A stretch of DNA of 64,000 bases, from contig OY970296.1 of assembly GCA_963716175.1 (NCBI GenBank), forward strand, positions 3,552,001 through 3,616,000, given 5' to 3'. Origin of the DNA: an uncultured Armatimonadetes bacterium (lineage in GTDB: Bacteria > Armatimonadota > Hebobacteria > Hebobacterales > Hebobacteraceae). A model generated the notes under the pieces. That model had not been told where the DNA came from and made no database searches. It saw nothing but the letters and a program-made list of their open reading frames with translations. Both the position numbers and the translations under genes were made by a program. Shown here piece after piece: positions 28,881 through 38,512 of this stretch (positions are counted from its first letter, which is position 1; every line of letters begins with the position of its first letter).

Positions 28881-30944
28881 GTGACCAGGTTGGCTGAGGA
28901 ACTGGAGGAGAAACCGGAAGCCGCGCCATCGGGAGCAGACGAGGGCGAGTATTACATGGAGCGCCGGCCGGAGCTGGAACCGACAGAGTTCCGCGAAGGC
29001 TTCACCATGAAGACGTTCCTGGGCGCTCTCTTCATCGGGGTCATCATGATGCCGGGAGCCATCTACCTGGCGCTCATGATGGGCCAGAGCATGGGGTCCG
29101 CGGGCCAGTGGACCACCATCATCCTGATCACCGAGGTTGCCCGCCGCTCCTTCACCAAGGTGTCCCGCCAGGAGCTGTACATGATCTACTACATGGCGGG
29201 CAGCCTGCTGTCCGCCGGCGGGACGCTGGCCGGAGGCGCCTTCGCCTATTTCGTGTGGAACGCCTACCTGATCAACTCCACCGCGGCGCAGAACTTCGGC
29301 ATTGCCAAGCTCATCCCGCGCTGGGTGGCGCCGCCGCTGGGGTCTTCCGCCTACATCCAGCGCACCTTCCTGCACCATGACTGGACCATTCCCATCGTGC
29401 TGACCGTGCTGGGGAGTATCTTCGGGCGGGCGCAGTGGATCGGCATGGGCTACTTCCTGTTCCGCACCACCTCCGATGTGGAGCGACTGCCATTCCCCAT
29501 GGCGCCCATCGCCGCTCAGGGGGCCACGGCGCTGGCCGAGGTCTCGGAGGAGAAGGAGTCCTGGCGCTGGCCGGTGTTCAGCGTGGCCACCATGATCGGG
29601 CTGGTATACGGCTTCTTCTACGTCGCCATCCCCGTGATCACCGGCGGCTTCCTCGCCGACCCGCTGAAGCTCATCCCCATCCCCTTCATTGACTTCGTGC
29701 AGAACGCAGAAGATGCGCTGCCCACCAACCGGATCGCGATCGCCACCGATCTGGGGCCCATCTTCTGGGGATTCGTGCTGCCCTTCCCCATCGTCGTCGG
29801 CGGCTTCATCACCTCCATGTTCACCAACTTCCTGTTCTCGCCCCTGCTCTACCATTTCACCTACAGCCCCGTCCTGGGCAAGTCCACCCTGTTCCCGCAG
29901 TGGTCCAAGGGCATGAACCTGATCCAGAGCCAGATGATCCTCGGCTTCGATTTCTACATGAGCTTCGGCATCGGGATCTCGCTTGCCATCGCCGCCATCG
30001 GCCTCTACTCGGTCCTCAGCACCCTGTTGAAAGCCCGGGTGGCTCGCGCCCAGGGCGCGGCCACCAGAGGCTACCGCGATGTCCCAGCCGGCAGAGGCGA
30101 CTTCCCCATCTGGCTGGCGCTGGTGGCCTGGGCCTTGCCCGCGGTCTACTACGTGATCCTGGGGCACTATCTGGTGCCCAGGTTCCCCGTGTATTGGCTA
30201 ATCTTCTTCGCTTTCGTGTGGACCCCGGTGATCTCCTATGTATCGGCGCGCATGAATGGCCTCCGGGGGTGGGGCATTGACATCCCCTACGTGCGGCCTG
30301 CGGTGTTCATCCTCAGCGGGTACAAGGGGGTGGACATCTGGTTCGCGCCCATCAACCAGGACGACCACGGTTGGGCTGCTTCCCAGTTCCGCGAGGTGGA
30401 GCTGACCGGCACCAGGATGGTCAGCGTGGTGAAGGCGGAGGCCTTCCTGCTGGTGCTGATGCTGTTCTGCAGCTTCGTCTACTGGTCATTCTTCTGGAAG
30501 ACCAGCCAGATCCCATCCTCCCAGTACCCGTACGCCCAGATGTTCTGGCCCCTCAACGCCTTCTGGCAATGCCTCTGGGCCACCGCCACTATGCCGCACA
30601 AGGCCGGGGAGGCCACCTTCTTGCTCAAAGCCGTCAAGCCCTCGATCATCGGCTATACCGGCGCCGGCGCCATGGCCCTCTACTGGATCATGAGCGCCTT
30701 CCGGGTGCCCACCCTGTGGTATTACGGGCTGATCGGAGGCTTCAGCGACACCACCTGGGCCATCCCCAGCTTCATCGGCGCCATGCTGGGGCGTTATTAC
30801 TTCGCCCGCCGCTTCGGCAAGAACCGCTGGCGCCAGTACACGCCGGTGCTGGCCGCCGGCTATGCCTGCGGAGTGGGCCTGATCGGGATGGTGTCCATCG
30901 GCCTGACCATTATCTTCAAGGCGGTGCGGTCGCTGCCGTTCTGA
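28881..30944 (+). CDS. OPT/oligopeptide-transporter-like polytopic membrane protein
   Basis: Many TM helices; SRQEL and DVERLPFPMAP recall OPT-superfamily motifs (QE..; L.FP). Confidence 0.75.
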   Translation: MTRLAEELEEKPEAAPSGADEGEYYMERRPELEPTEFREGFTMKTFLGALFIGVIMMPGAIYLALMMGQSMGSAGQWTTIILITEVARRSFTKVSRQELYMIYYMAGSLLSAGGTLAGGAFAYFVWNAYLINSTAAQNFGIAKLIPRWVAPPLGSSAYIQRTFLHHDWTIPIVLTVLGSIFGRAQWIGMGYFLFRTTSDVERLPFPMAPIAAQGATALAEVSEEKESWRWPVFSVATMIGLVYGFFYVAIPVITGGFLADPLKLIPIPFIDFVQNAEDALPTNRIAIATDLGPIFWGFVLPFPIVVGGFITSMFTNFLFSPLLYHFTYSPVLGKSTLFPQWSKGMNLIQSQMILGFDFYMSFGIGISLAIAAIGLYSVLSTLLKARVARAQGAATRGYRDVPAGRGDFPIWLALVAWALPAVYYVILGHYLVPRFPVYWLIFFAFVWTPVISYVSARMNGLRGWGIDIPYVRPAVFILSGYKGVDIWFAPINQDDHGWAASQFREVELTGTRMVSVVKAEAFLLVLMLFCSFVYWSFFWKTSQIPSSQYPYAQMFWPLNAFWQCLWATATMPHKAGEATFLLKAVKPSIIGYTGAGAMALYWIMSAFRVPTLWYYGLIGGFSDTTWAIPSFIGAMLGRYYFARRFGKNRWRQYTPVLAAGYACGVGLIGMVSIGLTIIFKAVRSLPF

Positions 30945-30989
30945 CGCAGTTCGCGCCTGTTGCGTCAGACGGTCAATGGTGGAGGCGGT

Positions 30990-31928
30990 TTGACAGTACA
31001 AGTAGATTACGATACGACAGCCATCGGATGGCACGGAGTCTCGGTCCGGGTTCCGGCGGACTGGACTCTGGGTGCGGTAGGGGGTGATCGCAAGTCCGGC
31101 TACCTGCGGGTAGATGACGAGCGCATGCCGCGGCTCCAGCTGAAATGGTCGCAGGGCCACATCAACCTGGAGAAGAAGCGAAGCGAATACGCCAACCGGC
31201 TGACCACGGGCAAACGCAAGCGGCCCACCGGGCTCACCGTGGACCTGGAGGCCCGGGTAATCAGCGGGCGCTCGAAGCCGAAGAAGGAGCTGGCCACCTT
31301 CGCCTGGCGGGGCCCGCAGTGCGGGATGGGGGTGCTGTGGAACTGCCAGGTATGCAACCGGGCCCTCATCGCGCAGGTGAGCTGGCAGCAGCCGGAGCGC
31401 CTGCACGAGGTGGCCCAGCAGGTGCTGGGGTCGCTGGAAGATCACGCCATCGGCGGCTGGCAGTTGTGGGGCGTAGATAGCTTCGCCTTCCTCGCGCCAG
31501 AGGGTTATGACCTGGCGAAGTGGAAGCGAATGACGCGCTATCTCGAGCTGACCTTGACGACCAAGAGGGAGGCCACCCTCCGCGCGGTGCGGTGGGGAAT
31601 GGTGGCGCTGGTGCTGGGCGGGCGGACGCTGATGGAGTGGTACCAGGACGAGAACAGGCGGCGGCGCGATGTGCGGTGGCAGGCGCAGGAGATGGAGGTG
31701 AAGGGCCACCAGGCGGTGGCAGCCTGGGGTGAGCGCAGACGATTCGCAGGGAGCGTGAGAAAGGGCCTGGCCAAGCTGCTGGGGCGCAAGCCGGCGGTGG
31801 ATTTCGCCGCTTGCGCCTGGCACTGCCCGGACTCGAACCGGATCTACCTGGCGGAGACGATTTACGCCGAAGGGCAGGATGTGCTGAAAGGAGTGGTGGA
31901 CTCCATCCTCTGCCATGAGGAGGCGTGA
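30990..31928 (+). CDS. Hypothetical soluble protein with an internal duplication
   Basis: RBS GGAGG and TTG 30990; repeated W.C...NR motif. Confidence 0.75.
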   Translation: MTVQVDYDTTAIGWHGVSVRVPADWTLGAVGGDRKSGYLRVDDERMPRLQLKWSQGHINLEKKRSEYANRLTTGKRKRPTGLTVDLEARVISGRSKPKKELATFAWRGPQCGMGVLWNCQVCNRALIAQVSWQQPERLHEVAQQVLGSLEDHAIGGWQLWGVDSFAFLAPEGYDLAKWKRMTRYLELTLTTKREATLRAVRWGMVALVLGGRTLMEWYQDENRRRRDVRWQAQEMEVKGHQAVAAWGERRRFAGSVRKGLAKLLGRKPAVDFAACAWHCPDSNRIYLAETIYAEGQDVLKGVVDSILCHEEA

Positions 31929-31930
31929 GC

Positions 31931-32323
31931 ATGCGCCGGCGGCGCAGGCCACGGCTCACGGCCGAGCAGGTGCTGCAGTCCCGGCCTCTGCGGAACCCGA
32001 GGCTGAGGACCGAGAAGATCGAGGGGGGAGGCCTGCGCCTCCACGTGCCCCGGCGCAGCGAATGGTGGGCCCGGGTGCTGGCGGTGATCTTTCCGATTCC
32101 GAAGGAGCGCAGGCTAGAGCTAGATGCGGCGGGGGAGGAGGTGTGGGAGATGTGCGACGGCGAGCACACCCTGCGCCAGATGATTGCGCTCTTTCAGGAG
32201 CGACATAAGCTGACCCGGGCGGAAGCGGAATGGTCGCTGCGGACTTATCTCCGCGATCTGGGTAAGAGGAACTTGGTGGCCTTCGCCATCGAGAAGCAGC
32301 CGGAGAAGAGGCAGCAGGGCTGA
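31931..32323 (+). CDS. PqqD/RRE-family peptide-binding protein
   Basis: LELDAAGEEVWEMCDGEHTLRQMI..YLRDLGKRNLV matches the PqqD winged-helix signature. Confidence 0.85.
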   Translation: MRRRRRPRLTAEQVLQSRPLRNPRLRTEKIEGGGLRLHVPRRSEWWARVLAVIFPIPKERRLELDAAGEEVWEMCDGEHTLRQMIALFQERHKLTRAEAEWSLRTYLRDLGKRNLVAFAIEKQPEKRQQG

Positions 32324-32337
32324 TCAGGAGAGACGGC

Positions 32338-33036
32338 ATGGCAAACGCAGGGCAAGTGGTTCCAGGGGGCCGCATTCAGATCGAGAGTCAGATCGTCCTT
32401 CCCTGGTCGCGCACTCTCCAAATGACCAGGGAGAATATCTTCGTCCGGTTCGGCCGGTCTGTGATCACCGCCTCCGGCATCTTCCTCGGCATTGCCTTCA
32501 TGAGCGCGGTGCTGTTCGGCGCCGCTGCCGGCCGGGTGCAGCAGCAGCTGGCCACCTCGCAGTTGGGCTTGCTGGGCACTGAGAGCACCAGCGGCGAGAC
32601 GCAGGCCAGGACGATCTGGCTGGTGGGCATGTCCCTGCTGGTGGCCACCGTCGGGATCGTCAACTCCATGCTGATGTCGGTCACCGAGCGCTACAAGGAA
32701 ATCGGCACCATGAAGTGCCTGGGGGCGCTGGACCGCTTCATCGTGCGCCTCTTCATCCTGGAGGCGGCGCTGCTGGGCGTCCTGGGATCTATCGTCGGGG
32801 CGCTGGTGGGCACCGGCGCCATGACCTTGGTCTACACCTATCGCATGGGCTGGGGCCACGCCCTCTCGAGCTGGCACGAGACCGCGCTGCGGCTCGGTGG
32901 TTGGTCCATACCGCTCTGGTTGGCGATTGTCCTCGGCATCGTCGTCGGTGGGCTGCTGTCCGTCTGCGCCGCTCTCTATCCCGCCTGGCGGGCCGCCAAG
33001 ATGCCCCCGGCCGCGGCGCTGCGCTCGGAGTTCTGA
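32338..33036 (+). CDS. FtsX-like ABC permease with almost no periplasmic domain
   Basis: GIVNSMLMSVTERYKEIGTMKCLGA..FILEA; YPAWRAAKMPPAAALR. Confidence 0.9.
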   Translation: MANAGQVVPGGRIQIESQIVLPWSRTLQMTRENIFVRFGRSVITASGIFLGIAFMSAVLFGAAAGRVQQQLATSQLGLLGTESTSGETQARTIWLVGMSLLVATVGIVNSMLMSVTERYKEIGTMKCLGALDRFIVRLFILEAALLGVLGSIVGALVGTGAMTLVYTYRMGWGHALSSWHETALRLGGWSIPLWLAIVLGIVVGGLLSVCAALYPAWRAAKMPPAAALRSEF

Positions 33037-33183
33037 TGGGTCTCGCCAGACGAAGCAGTGGCGCAGACCATCGGGGCGCCTGCGAGGGCGCAGAGATGCT
33101 CGGCGTCCATTGCTGTGATGGGCGAGGGTGGTCAGTGCACGAGTCCATCTTGTGGTTAGCTTGAGAAGCCAGGGAGGCTGCGC

Positions 33184-33927
33184 ATGTCTGTCTACGAGTA
33201 TATTGTGCGTACCAAGGACCTGATGAAGGTCTACACGATGGGGGATACGGAGGTGCGCGCGGTGGATGGCGTTGCCCTCGACATCAGGCGGGGCGAGTAT
33301 ATCTCCATCATGGGGCCTTCGGGATCGGGGAAATCCACGCTCTTCAACATGATCGGAGGGCTGGACAAGCCCAGCGGCGGCACGGTCTTCATTGACGAGA
33401 CGGATATGGCGCAGCTCACCGCCTCCGAGCTCGCCTACCTGCGCTGCCGCAAGATCGGCTATATCTTCCAGACCTTCAACCTGATCCCGGTGATGACCGC
33501 GCTGGAGAACGTCACCCTGCCCATGATCTTCGCCGGCCTCTCCACCGACAATGCTCTGGACAAGGGAGTCGAGCTGCTCAAGACTGTGGGCCTGGGCGAT
33601 CGGCGAGATCATAAGCCCACGGAGCTTTCCGGCGGGCAGCAGCAGCGGGTGGCCATCGCCCGCGCCCTGGCCAACGACCCCGCCATCATCCTGGCGGACG
33701 AGCCCACGGGCAACCTCGACCTGCGCACCGGCAAAGAGATCATCGCCCTGCTCAAGCAGATGAACGAGGCGAAGAAGGTCACCGTCATCTCTGCGACCCA
33801 CGATCTGAAGATGATTGACGTCTCGGACCGGGTGGTGTGGATTCGGGACGGCAAGATCGAGCGCATTCAGGAGCGCGCCGACATTGACGTGAAGGTCGGC
33901 GTGATGGAAGGCGAAGAGGTAGGATAG
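33184..33927 (+). CDS. ABC transporter ATP-binding protein (LolD/MacB type)
   Basis: [51 protein letters not shown]. Confidence 0.96.
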   Translation: MSVYEYIVRTKDLMKVYTMGDTEVRAVDGVALDIRRGEYISIMGPSGSGKSTLFNMIGGLDKPSGGTVFIDETDMAQLTASELAYLRCRKIGYIFQTFNLIPVMTALENVTLPMIFAGLSTDNALDKGVELLKTVGLGDRRDHKPTELSGGQQQRVAIARALANDPAIILADEPTGNLDLRTGKEIIALLKQMNEAKKVTVISATHDLKMIDVSDRVVWIRDGKIERIQERADIDVKVGVMEGEEVG

Positions 33928-33965
33928 AGAGGGCGAACGGGATGGATACGGCGGGATTCTCCGTG

Positions 33966-34000
33966 CGGCTTCGCCTCCGCATCCCGCGGAGGCGAAGCCG
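33966..34000 (+). terminator. Perfect 15-bp hairpin closing the envelope operon
   Basis: CGGCTTCGCCTCCGC-atccc-GCGGAGGCGAAGCCG; weak U-tract. Confidence 0.6.
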
Positions 34001-34068
34001 TTCCGGTTTGCACGCGGACGCAGCGGCAGGCCACTGCGGCGCGGCGCACACCCTGGATGGCGCTTTCC

Positions 34069-34097
34069 TTGACACCGGAAAAGGAAACTCTTATGAT
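34069..34097 (+). promoter_or_regulatory. sigma70 promoter for SPOR-grpE-ftsZ
   Basis: TTGACA-N17-TATGAT. Confidence 0.75.
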
Positions 34098-34110
34098 CTC
34101 CTGGATGGGC

Positions 34111-34749
34111 ATGAGAGGAATGGATAGCCGCCGCGGTTACAGCAGCTTCCCCACCACCTTTCTCATCTTCTCCCTCCTCCTGCTGGTGCTGGCTGGCGGA
34201 TTCGCGGTGGGCCGGCTCGTGGTTGGGCGGGCCTACGTGAAGTCGGCCGGGCAGTTCGAGAAGTGGCCCGGGCCTAAGGCCGAGGAAGCGACCGCTGCTC
34301 CTGCGGAGGGAGAGCTCCCGTCAGGGCAGGGCTATGTCCCGGCACCGTCTCGGCAGGCCGCGGAGTCCCAGTCGCCGGGGAAACCGGAGGCGGCTCCGGG
34401 TGAGCAGACCGAGCAGGCCAAGCCGGAGGCGCCGGCGGCGGCCAGCGCACCCGCGCCCTCACCCGCGCCCCAGGCCTTGCCGGCGCCCGCGGAGAGCCCG
34501 CAGCCGGCGGAGGAGAAGGAGAGAAGGTACGCCATCCAGGTGGGAGTGTTCGAGGGGGAGGAGGGGGCGCAGAAGGTGGCGGATGATCTGGCGCGGGCCG
34601 GCTATCCTGCCCAAGTGGAGAGCACCCGAGGCGAGCAGGGCAATGTCTATCGGGTACTCACTGGGCGCTACCGCACGGAGTACGCCGCCCGCAAGGCTAT
34701 GGATCAGCTCAGGCAGGAGGGGTTCTCGGGGTTCCTGGTCGAGCGCTGA
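34111..34749 (+). CDS. SPOR-domain cell-envelope/division protein
   Basis: TM helix, Pro/Ala linker, YAIQVGVF..YRVLTGRY; start placed after the promoter. Confidence 0.85.
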   Translation: MRGMDSRRGYSSFPTTFLIFSLLLLVLAGGFAVGRLVVGRAYVKSAGQFEKWPGPKAEEATAAPAEGELPSGQGYVPAPSRQAAESQSPGKPEAAPGEQTEQAKPEAPAAASAPAPSPAPQALPAPAESPQPAEEKERRYAIQVGVFEGEEGAQKVADDLARAGYPAQVESTRGEQGNVYRVLTGRYRTEYAARKAMDQLRQEGFSGFLVER

Positions 34750-34778
34750 GGACGGACCTCGGTTCGGGAGAAGGTACG

Positions 34779-35393
34779 GTGAAGGAAGGCTCAGAGGATA
34801 ATCGGACTGAAGATCAGGAGGGGGAGGCGGAGGAACCGGAGTTGCTGCCGGCGGAGGAACTGGTCTCGACCGAAGAAGAGGAGAGCAGAGGATCCGAAGT
34901 CGAGGTGCTGCAGAAAGAGCTGGCGCTGCTGGAGGGCCAGCTTCAGGACCTGCGGGACCGATACTTGCGAGCGGTGGCCAATCTGGATAATTCGCGCAAG
35001 CGGGCCCGGCGGGAGATGAGAGAGGTGCAGCAGCGGGCCGCGGCCAGCGTGCTGCTGGATCTGCTCACGGTGGTGGACAGCTTCGAGCGCGCCTTGGGGA
35101 CGGCGAGAGACTTGGGGGCGGTCCCTGCCGAGACCAGGGCTGTGTACGATGGCCTCACCTTGATCTACCGGCAGTTAGTGGATCTGCTGGGCCGGCGAGG
35201 GGTCAGACCCATCTCCGCGGTGGGCGCGCGATTCGACCCCAGCTTTCACGAGGCGGTTGCCCAGGTCCCAGCAGGCCCCGAGCAGGAGGAGGGGCTGGTG
35301 GCGCTGGAGGTGCAAAAGGGCTACCTGTATGGCGATCAGGTGCTGCGGCCCAGCAAGGTCGGGGTGACGGTGCACACCGCGTCCAGGAGCTAG
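34779..35393 (+). CDS. grpE: Nucleotide exchange factor GrpE
   Basis: [43 protein letters not shown]. Confidence 0.95.
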   Translation: MKEGSEDNRTEDQEGEAEEPELLPAEELVSTEEEESRGSEVEVLQKELALLEGQLQDLRDRYLRAVANLDNSRKRARREMREVQQRAAASVLLDLLTVVDSFERALGTARDLGAVPAETRAVYDGLTLIYRQLVDLLGRRGVRPISAVGARFDPSFHEAVAQVPAGPEQEEGLVALEVQKGYLYGDQVLRPSKVGVTVHTASRS

Positions 35394-35602
35394 CATCGTG
35401 GTCGGTCTGGCAAGAGGGATGGGGTGAGGGATGTCGAAAGGACCGAGGCCGGGAGCGAGGTAAGGCCGTGCCAGGGCCGAGACGCAGACGAAGAGGCAGC
35501 GATATACCCGAAGCCGCGGCGCAGCCGCCCGGCGCGGAATCTACTCAGGCCGGGGAGCCCGAGGTGGCCGAGGCTCTGCCGGCGGGAGGGGAAGAGAATC
35601 CC

Positions 35603-36657
35603 ATGTCTAGCAGCCAGCGTCCAGGTGCTGCCGTTATCCGGGTGATAGGCGTAGGCGGGGCGGGGGCCAACGCGGTAGACCGGATGATCGCCGTGGGCCT
35701 CCAGGGCGTGGACTTCGTGGCCGCCAACACTGATCTCCAGGCGCTGTCACGATCTCAGGCCAAGTCCAAGCTTCAGCTCGGCGTCGCGGTCACCAATGGG
35801 CTGGGGGCCGGGGGCGATCCGGAGGTGGGGCGCGGGCGGCCGAGGAGAGCCGCGCTGAGATCAAAGGCCAGCTGGACGGGGCCGACATGGTGTTCATCAC
35901 CGCCGGCATGGGCGGGGGCACGGGCACCGGCGGGGCGCCGATCGTGGCCGAGATCAGCCGGGAGGTGGGAGCGCTCACCGTCGCCGTGGTGACCAAGCCC
36001 TTCGGCTTCGAGCGAGGCCGCCGCCAGAGCATCGCCGAGGAGGGACTGGATAACCTGCGAACCAAGGTGGACACCCTGATCACGGTCCCGAACGACCGCT
36101 TGCTCGGTGTGGTGCAGAAGAAGGTGACGCTGCTGGAGGCATTCCGCCTGGCCGATGAAGTGCTGCGGGAAGGCGTGCAGGGCATCTCCGACCTCATCAC
36201 CATCCCCGGGCTGATCAATCTCGATTTCGCCGACGTCAGAACCGTGATGGCTGATGCCGGGACCGCGCTGATGGGGATCGGCGTCGGGACCGGCGAGACC
36301 CGGGCCACCGATGCCGCCCAGGCCGCCATCTCCAGCCCCCTCCTGGAGACCTCCATTGACGGCGCCACCCGCATCCTCTTCAATGTCACCGGCGGCAGCG
36401 ATGTTTCGCTCTCCGAAGTGGAGGAGGCGGCCCAGGTCATCCGCTCGGCCTCGGAGTCTCCGGACACCAATGTGCTCTTCGGCGTAGTGGTAGGGGAGGA
36501 GCCCGAGGACGAGATTCGCATCACCGTTCTCGCCACCGGCTTCGATCGCAGCCGCCGCGCCAGCAGGCCGGCCGAGCACGCGCAGGCCAATCTGCCGGCC
36601 GTGGCGCCGGTTCCCGACGCCGACCTGGAGGTCCCCACCTTCCTACGGAATCGCTGA
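35603..36657 (+). CDS. ftsZ: Cell division protein FtsZ, split by an apparent 1-bp deletion at ~35833
   Basis: [25 protein letters not shown] and [11 protein letters not shown] in one frame; [22 protein letters not shown] and LEVPTFLR in another. Confidence 0.92.
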
Positions 36658-36677
36658 GCGGCCGAGGACAAATGACA

Positions 36678-36708
36678 GCGAGGATTCGGCCACCGGCCGA
36701 ATCCTCGC
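36678..36708. terminator. Perfect 14-bp inverted repeat between convergent genes
   Basis: GCGAGGATTCGGCC-acc-GGCCGAATCCTCGC. Confidence 0.65.
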
Positions 36709-36714
36709 CGCATT

Positions 36715-36744
36715 GTGGGGCGGGCATGTCTCTGCATGCCCGCC
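36715..36744 (+). repeat. REP-like palindrome (GTGG variant)
   Basis: GTGG-GGCGGGCATG-tctctg-CATGCCCGCC; same arm as 57787-57817. Confidence 0.65.
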
Positions 36745-36753
36745 GCTGTTGTC

Positions 36754-37644
36754 TCAGTCGGGCCGCCGCAGCCGCGCCACGACCGCCCGGATATGCTCCG
36801 GCTTACTGCCGCAGCATCCGCCGATGATAGTCGCGCCCAGCTCGCGGAACTGCGGCGCAGCATCGGCGAACGTCTCGGGGGGCTCTGGAAACACCGTGCC
36901 GGTCTCGGTCCGCTGAGGCCGGCCGGCATTGGGCTGCGCGATCAGGGGCAGCGGCGTCGCCTCCCGGAACTGTCTGATGATGCCCACCATTTCGGCCGGC
37001 GAGATGGTACCGCAGTTCGCCCCGACCACCAGCGCGCCGGCGCTTGCCAGCTCTTCTGCCGCTCGCTGGGGCGAGACGCCGAAGATTGTGTGACCATTGG
37101 GGTCGAAGGCCATCGAGGCGGCCACCGGCCTCCGGGTGGCTACTACGGCGCGGATTGCCAGCGCGACCTCCTCTATCGCCGTGAACGTCTCGACGATGAA
37201 GAAGTCCACTCCCGCCTCCGCCAGCGCCTGGGCTTGCTCCTCGAAAGCGGCCGCCGCCGCGGCCTGCTCGAACTCGCCATAGGGTTCCAGGATCTTGCCG
37301 GTGGGCCCAATGCTCCCGGCCACGAAGGCCCGATCTCCCGTCACCTCCCGCGCCAGCGCCGCGGCCGCCGCGTTCAGCTCGACGGTCCGTTCGCCCAGCC
37401 CGTAGCGCTCCAAAGCAACGCGGCTGCCCTGGAAGGTGTTAGTCTCCAGCACCTCCGCGCCGGCCTCCAGGAAGGCGCGATGCACCGCTCGTACCAGCTC
37501 CGGCTGTTCGACATTGAGCAGCTCCAGAGACTGGCCCGAGGAGTGCCCGGCCGCGCTCAGGTTGGTGCCCATGGCCCCATCGCAGATCAGCAAGCCCTGG
37601 CGCAGCCTGGCTATCAGCTCCTGTGCTCGTTTCGCATCGCTCAT
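36754..37644 (-). CDS. Stand-alone homocysteine S-methyltransferase domain protein
   Basis: DGAMGT, ETNTF, AGSIGPTG, ETF, GANC, PNAG, IIGGCCG. Confidence 0.93.
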   Translation of the reverse strand: MSDAKRAQELIARLRQGLLICDGAMGTNLSAAGHSSGQSLELLNVEQPELVRAVHRAFLEAGAEVLETNTFQGSRVALERYGLGERTVELNAAAAALAREVTGDRAFVAGSIGPTGKILEPYGEFEQAAAAAAFEEQAQALAEAGVDFFIVETFTAIEEVALAIRAVVATRRPVAASMAFDPNGHTIFGVSPQRAAEELASAGALVVGANCGTISPAEMVGIIRQFREATPLPLIAQPNAGRPQRTETGTVFPEPPETFADAAPQFRELGATIIGGCCGSKPEHIRAVVARLRRPD

Positions 37645-37653
37645 GGCAGGGCG

Positions 37654-37682
37654 ATTCTAGCCCGCGGTCGGGGCGGTGTCAA
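37654..37682 (-). promoter_or_regulatory. sigma70 promoter giving a near-leaderless transcript
   Basis: Minus strand TTGACA-N17-TAGAAT, ending 9 nt before ATG 37644. Confidence 0.7.
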
Positions 37683-37753
37683 CCACGGCGCAAGAGCAGG
37701 GGCCCTGCCTCAAGCGCTGAATCAGTCTGATGATCTGAATCCAGGAGCACAGC

Positions 37754-38512
37754 ATGGACTTCGGGATCATCGGCGGGACGGGCTTCTACAGCTTGGAGGG
37801 GCAGGGCGAGGCGGCGGTGGTGACGACGCCTTATGGACCGGTGGAAGTCAGCCGTACGCGCCTGGGGGGAACCGAGATCGCTTTCATCGCGCGCCACGGC
37901 GGGGAGCACAGTGTGCCTCCCCACCGCGTCAACTACCGCGCCAACATCAGTGCCCTGAAGCAGTTGGGGGTGACGAACATCCTCGCCTCGGCGAGTGTGG
38001 GCTCCATGTCCAGCACCATGCCTCCCGGCTCGCTGGTGATACTCACCCAGTTCCTGGATTTCACAAAGGCGCGGGCGAGCACTTTCTTCGACGGGGAGGG
38101 CGGCGAGGTCGTCCACACGGACATGACCGACCCCTACTGCCCGCACCTGCGCGAGGAGCTGCAGGCGGCGGCCGCCGCGCTCGGCGAGGGACTGCGCGCG
38201 ACTGGCACCTATGTCTGCGCCGAGGGTCCTCGCTTCGAGACCCGGGCGGAGATCGAGATGTTCCGCCGCCTCGGGGGCGAGCTGGTGGGCATGACCAATG
38301 TCCCGGAGGTGACGCTGGCGCGGGAGGCGGGAATCTGCTACGCCGCGGTCGCAGCCGTCACCAACTGGGCCGCGGGCATCGCGGCCGAGCCGCTGAAGCA
38401 CGAGGAAGTAAGTGACTTCATGTCAACTCAGACTCCCAGGCTGCGGGCGCTGTTCGCCCGCGTGGTACAGGACCATCGGGAGCTGGACTGCGCGTGCCGG
38501 GCGCGGGCGTGA
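37754..38512 (+). CDS. mtnP: S-methyl-5'-thioadenosine/inosine phosphorylase
   Basis: GIIGGTG, TPYG, RHG..H..PPH.VNYRANI, EGPRFETRAE, VGMTNVPE, VTNWAAG. Confidence 0.93.
   Translation: MDFGIIGGTGFYSLEGQGEAAVVTTPYGPVEVSRTRLGGTEIAFIARHGGEHSVPPHRVNYRANISALKQLGVTNILASASVGSMSSTMPPGSLVILTQFLDFTKARASTFFDGEGGEVVHTDMTDPYCPHLREELQAAAAALGEGLRATGTYVCAEGPRFETRAEIEMFRRLGGELVGMTNVPEVTLAREAGICYAAVAAVTNWAAGIAAEPLKHEEVSDFMSTQTPRLRALFARVVQDHRELDCACRARA

Noticed and set aside
22356-32323. RiPP cluster made of the radical SAM plus PqqD
   Set aside because: The radical SAM is TIGR03960-like without SPASM cysteines, a separate promoter lies between it and the operon, and no precursor is visible
35820-35845. Programmed ribosomal frameshift in ftsZ
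   Set aside because: No slippery heptamer; four similar indels elsewhere point to sequencing error
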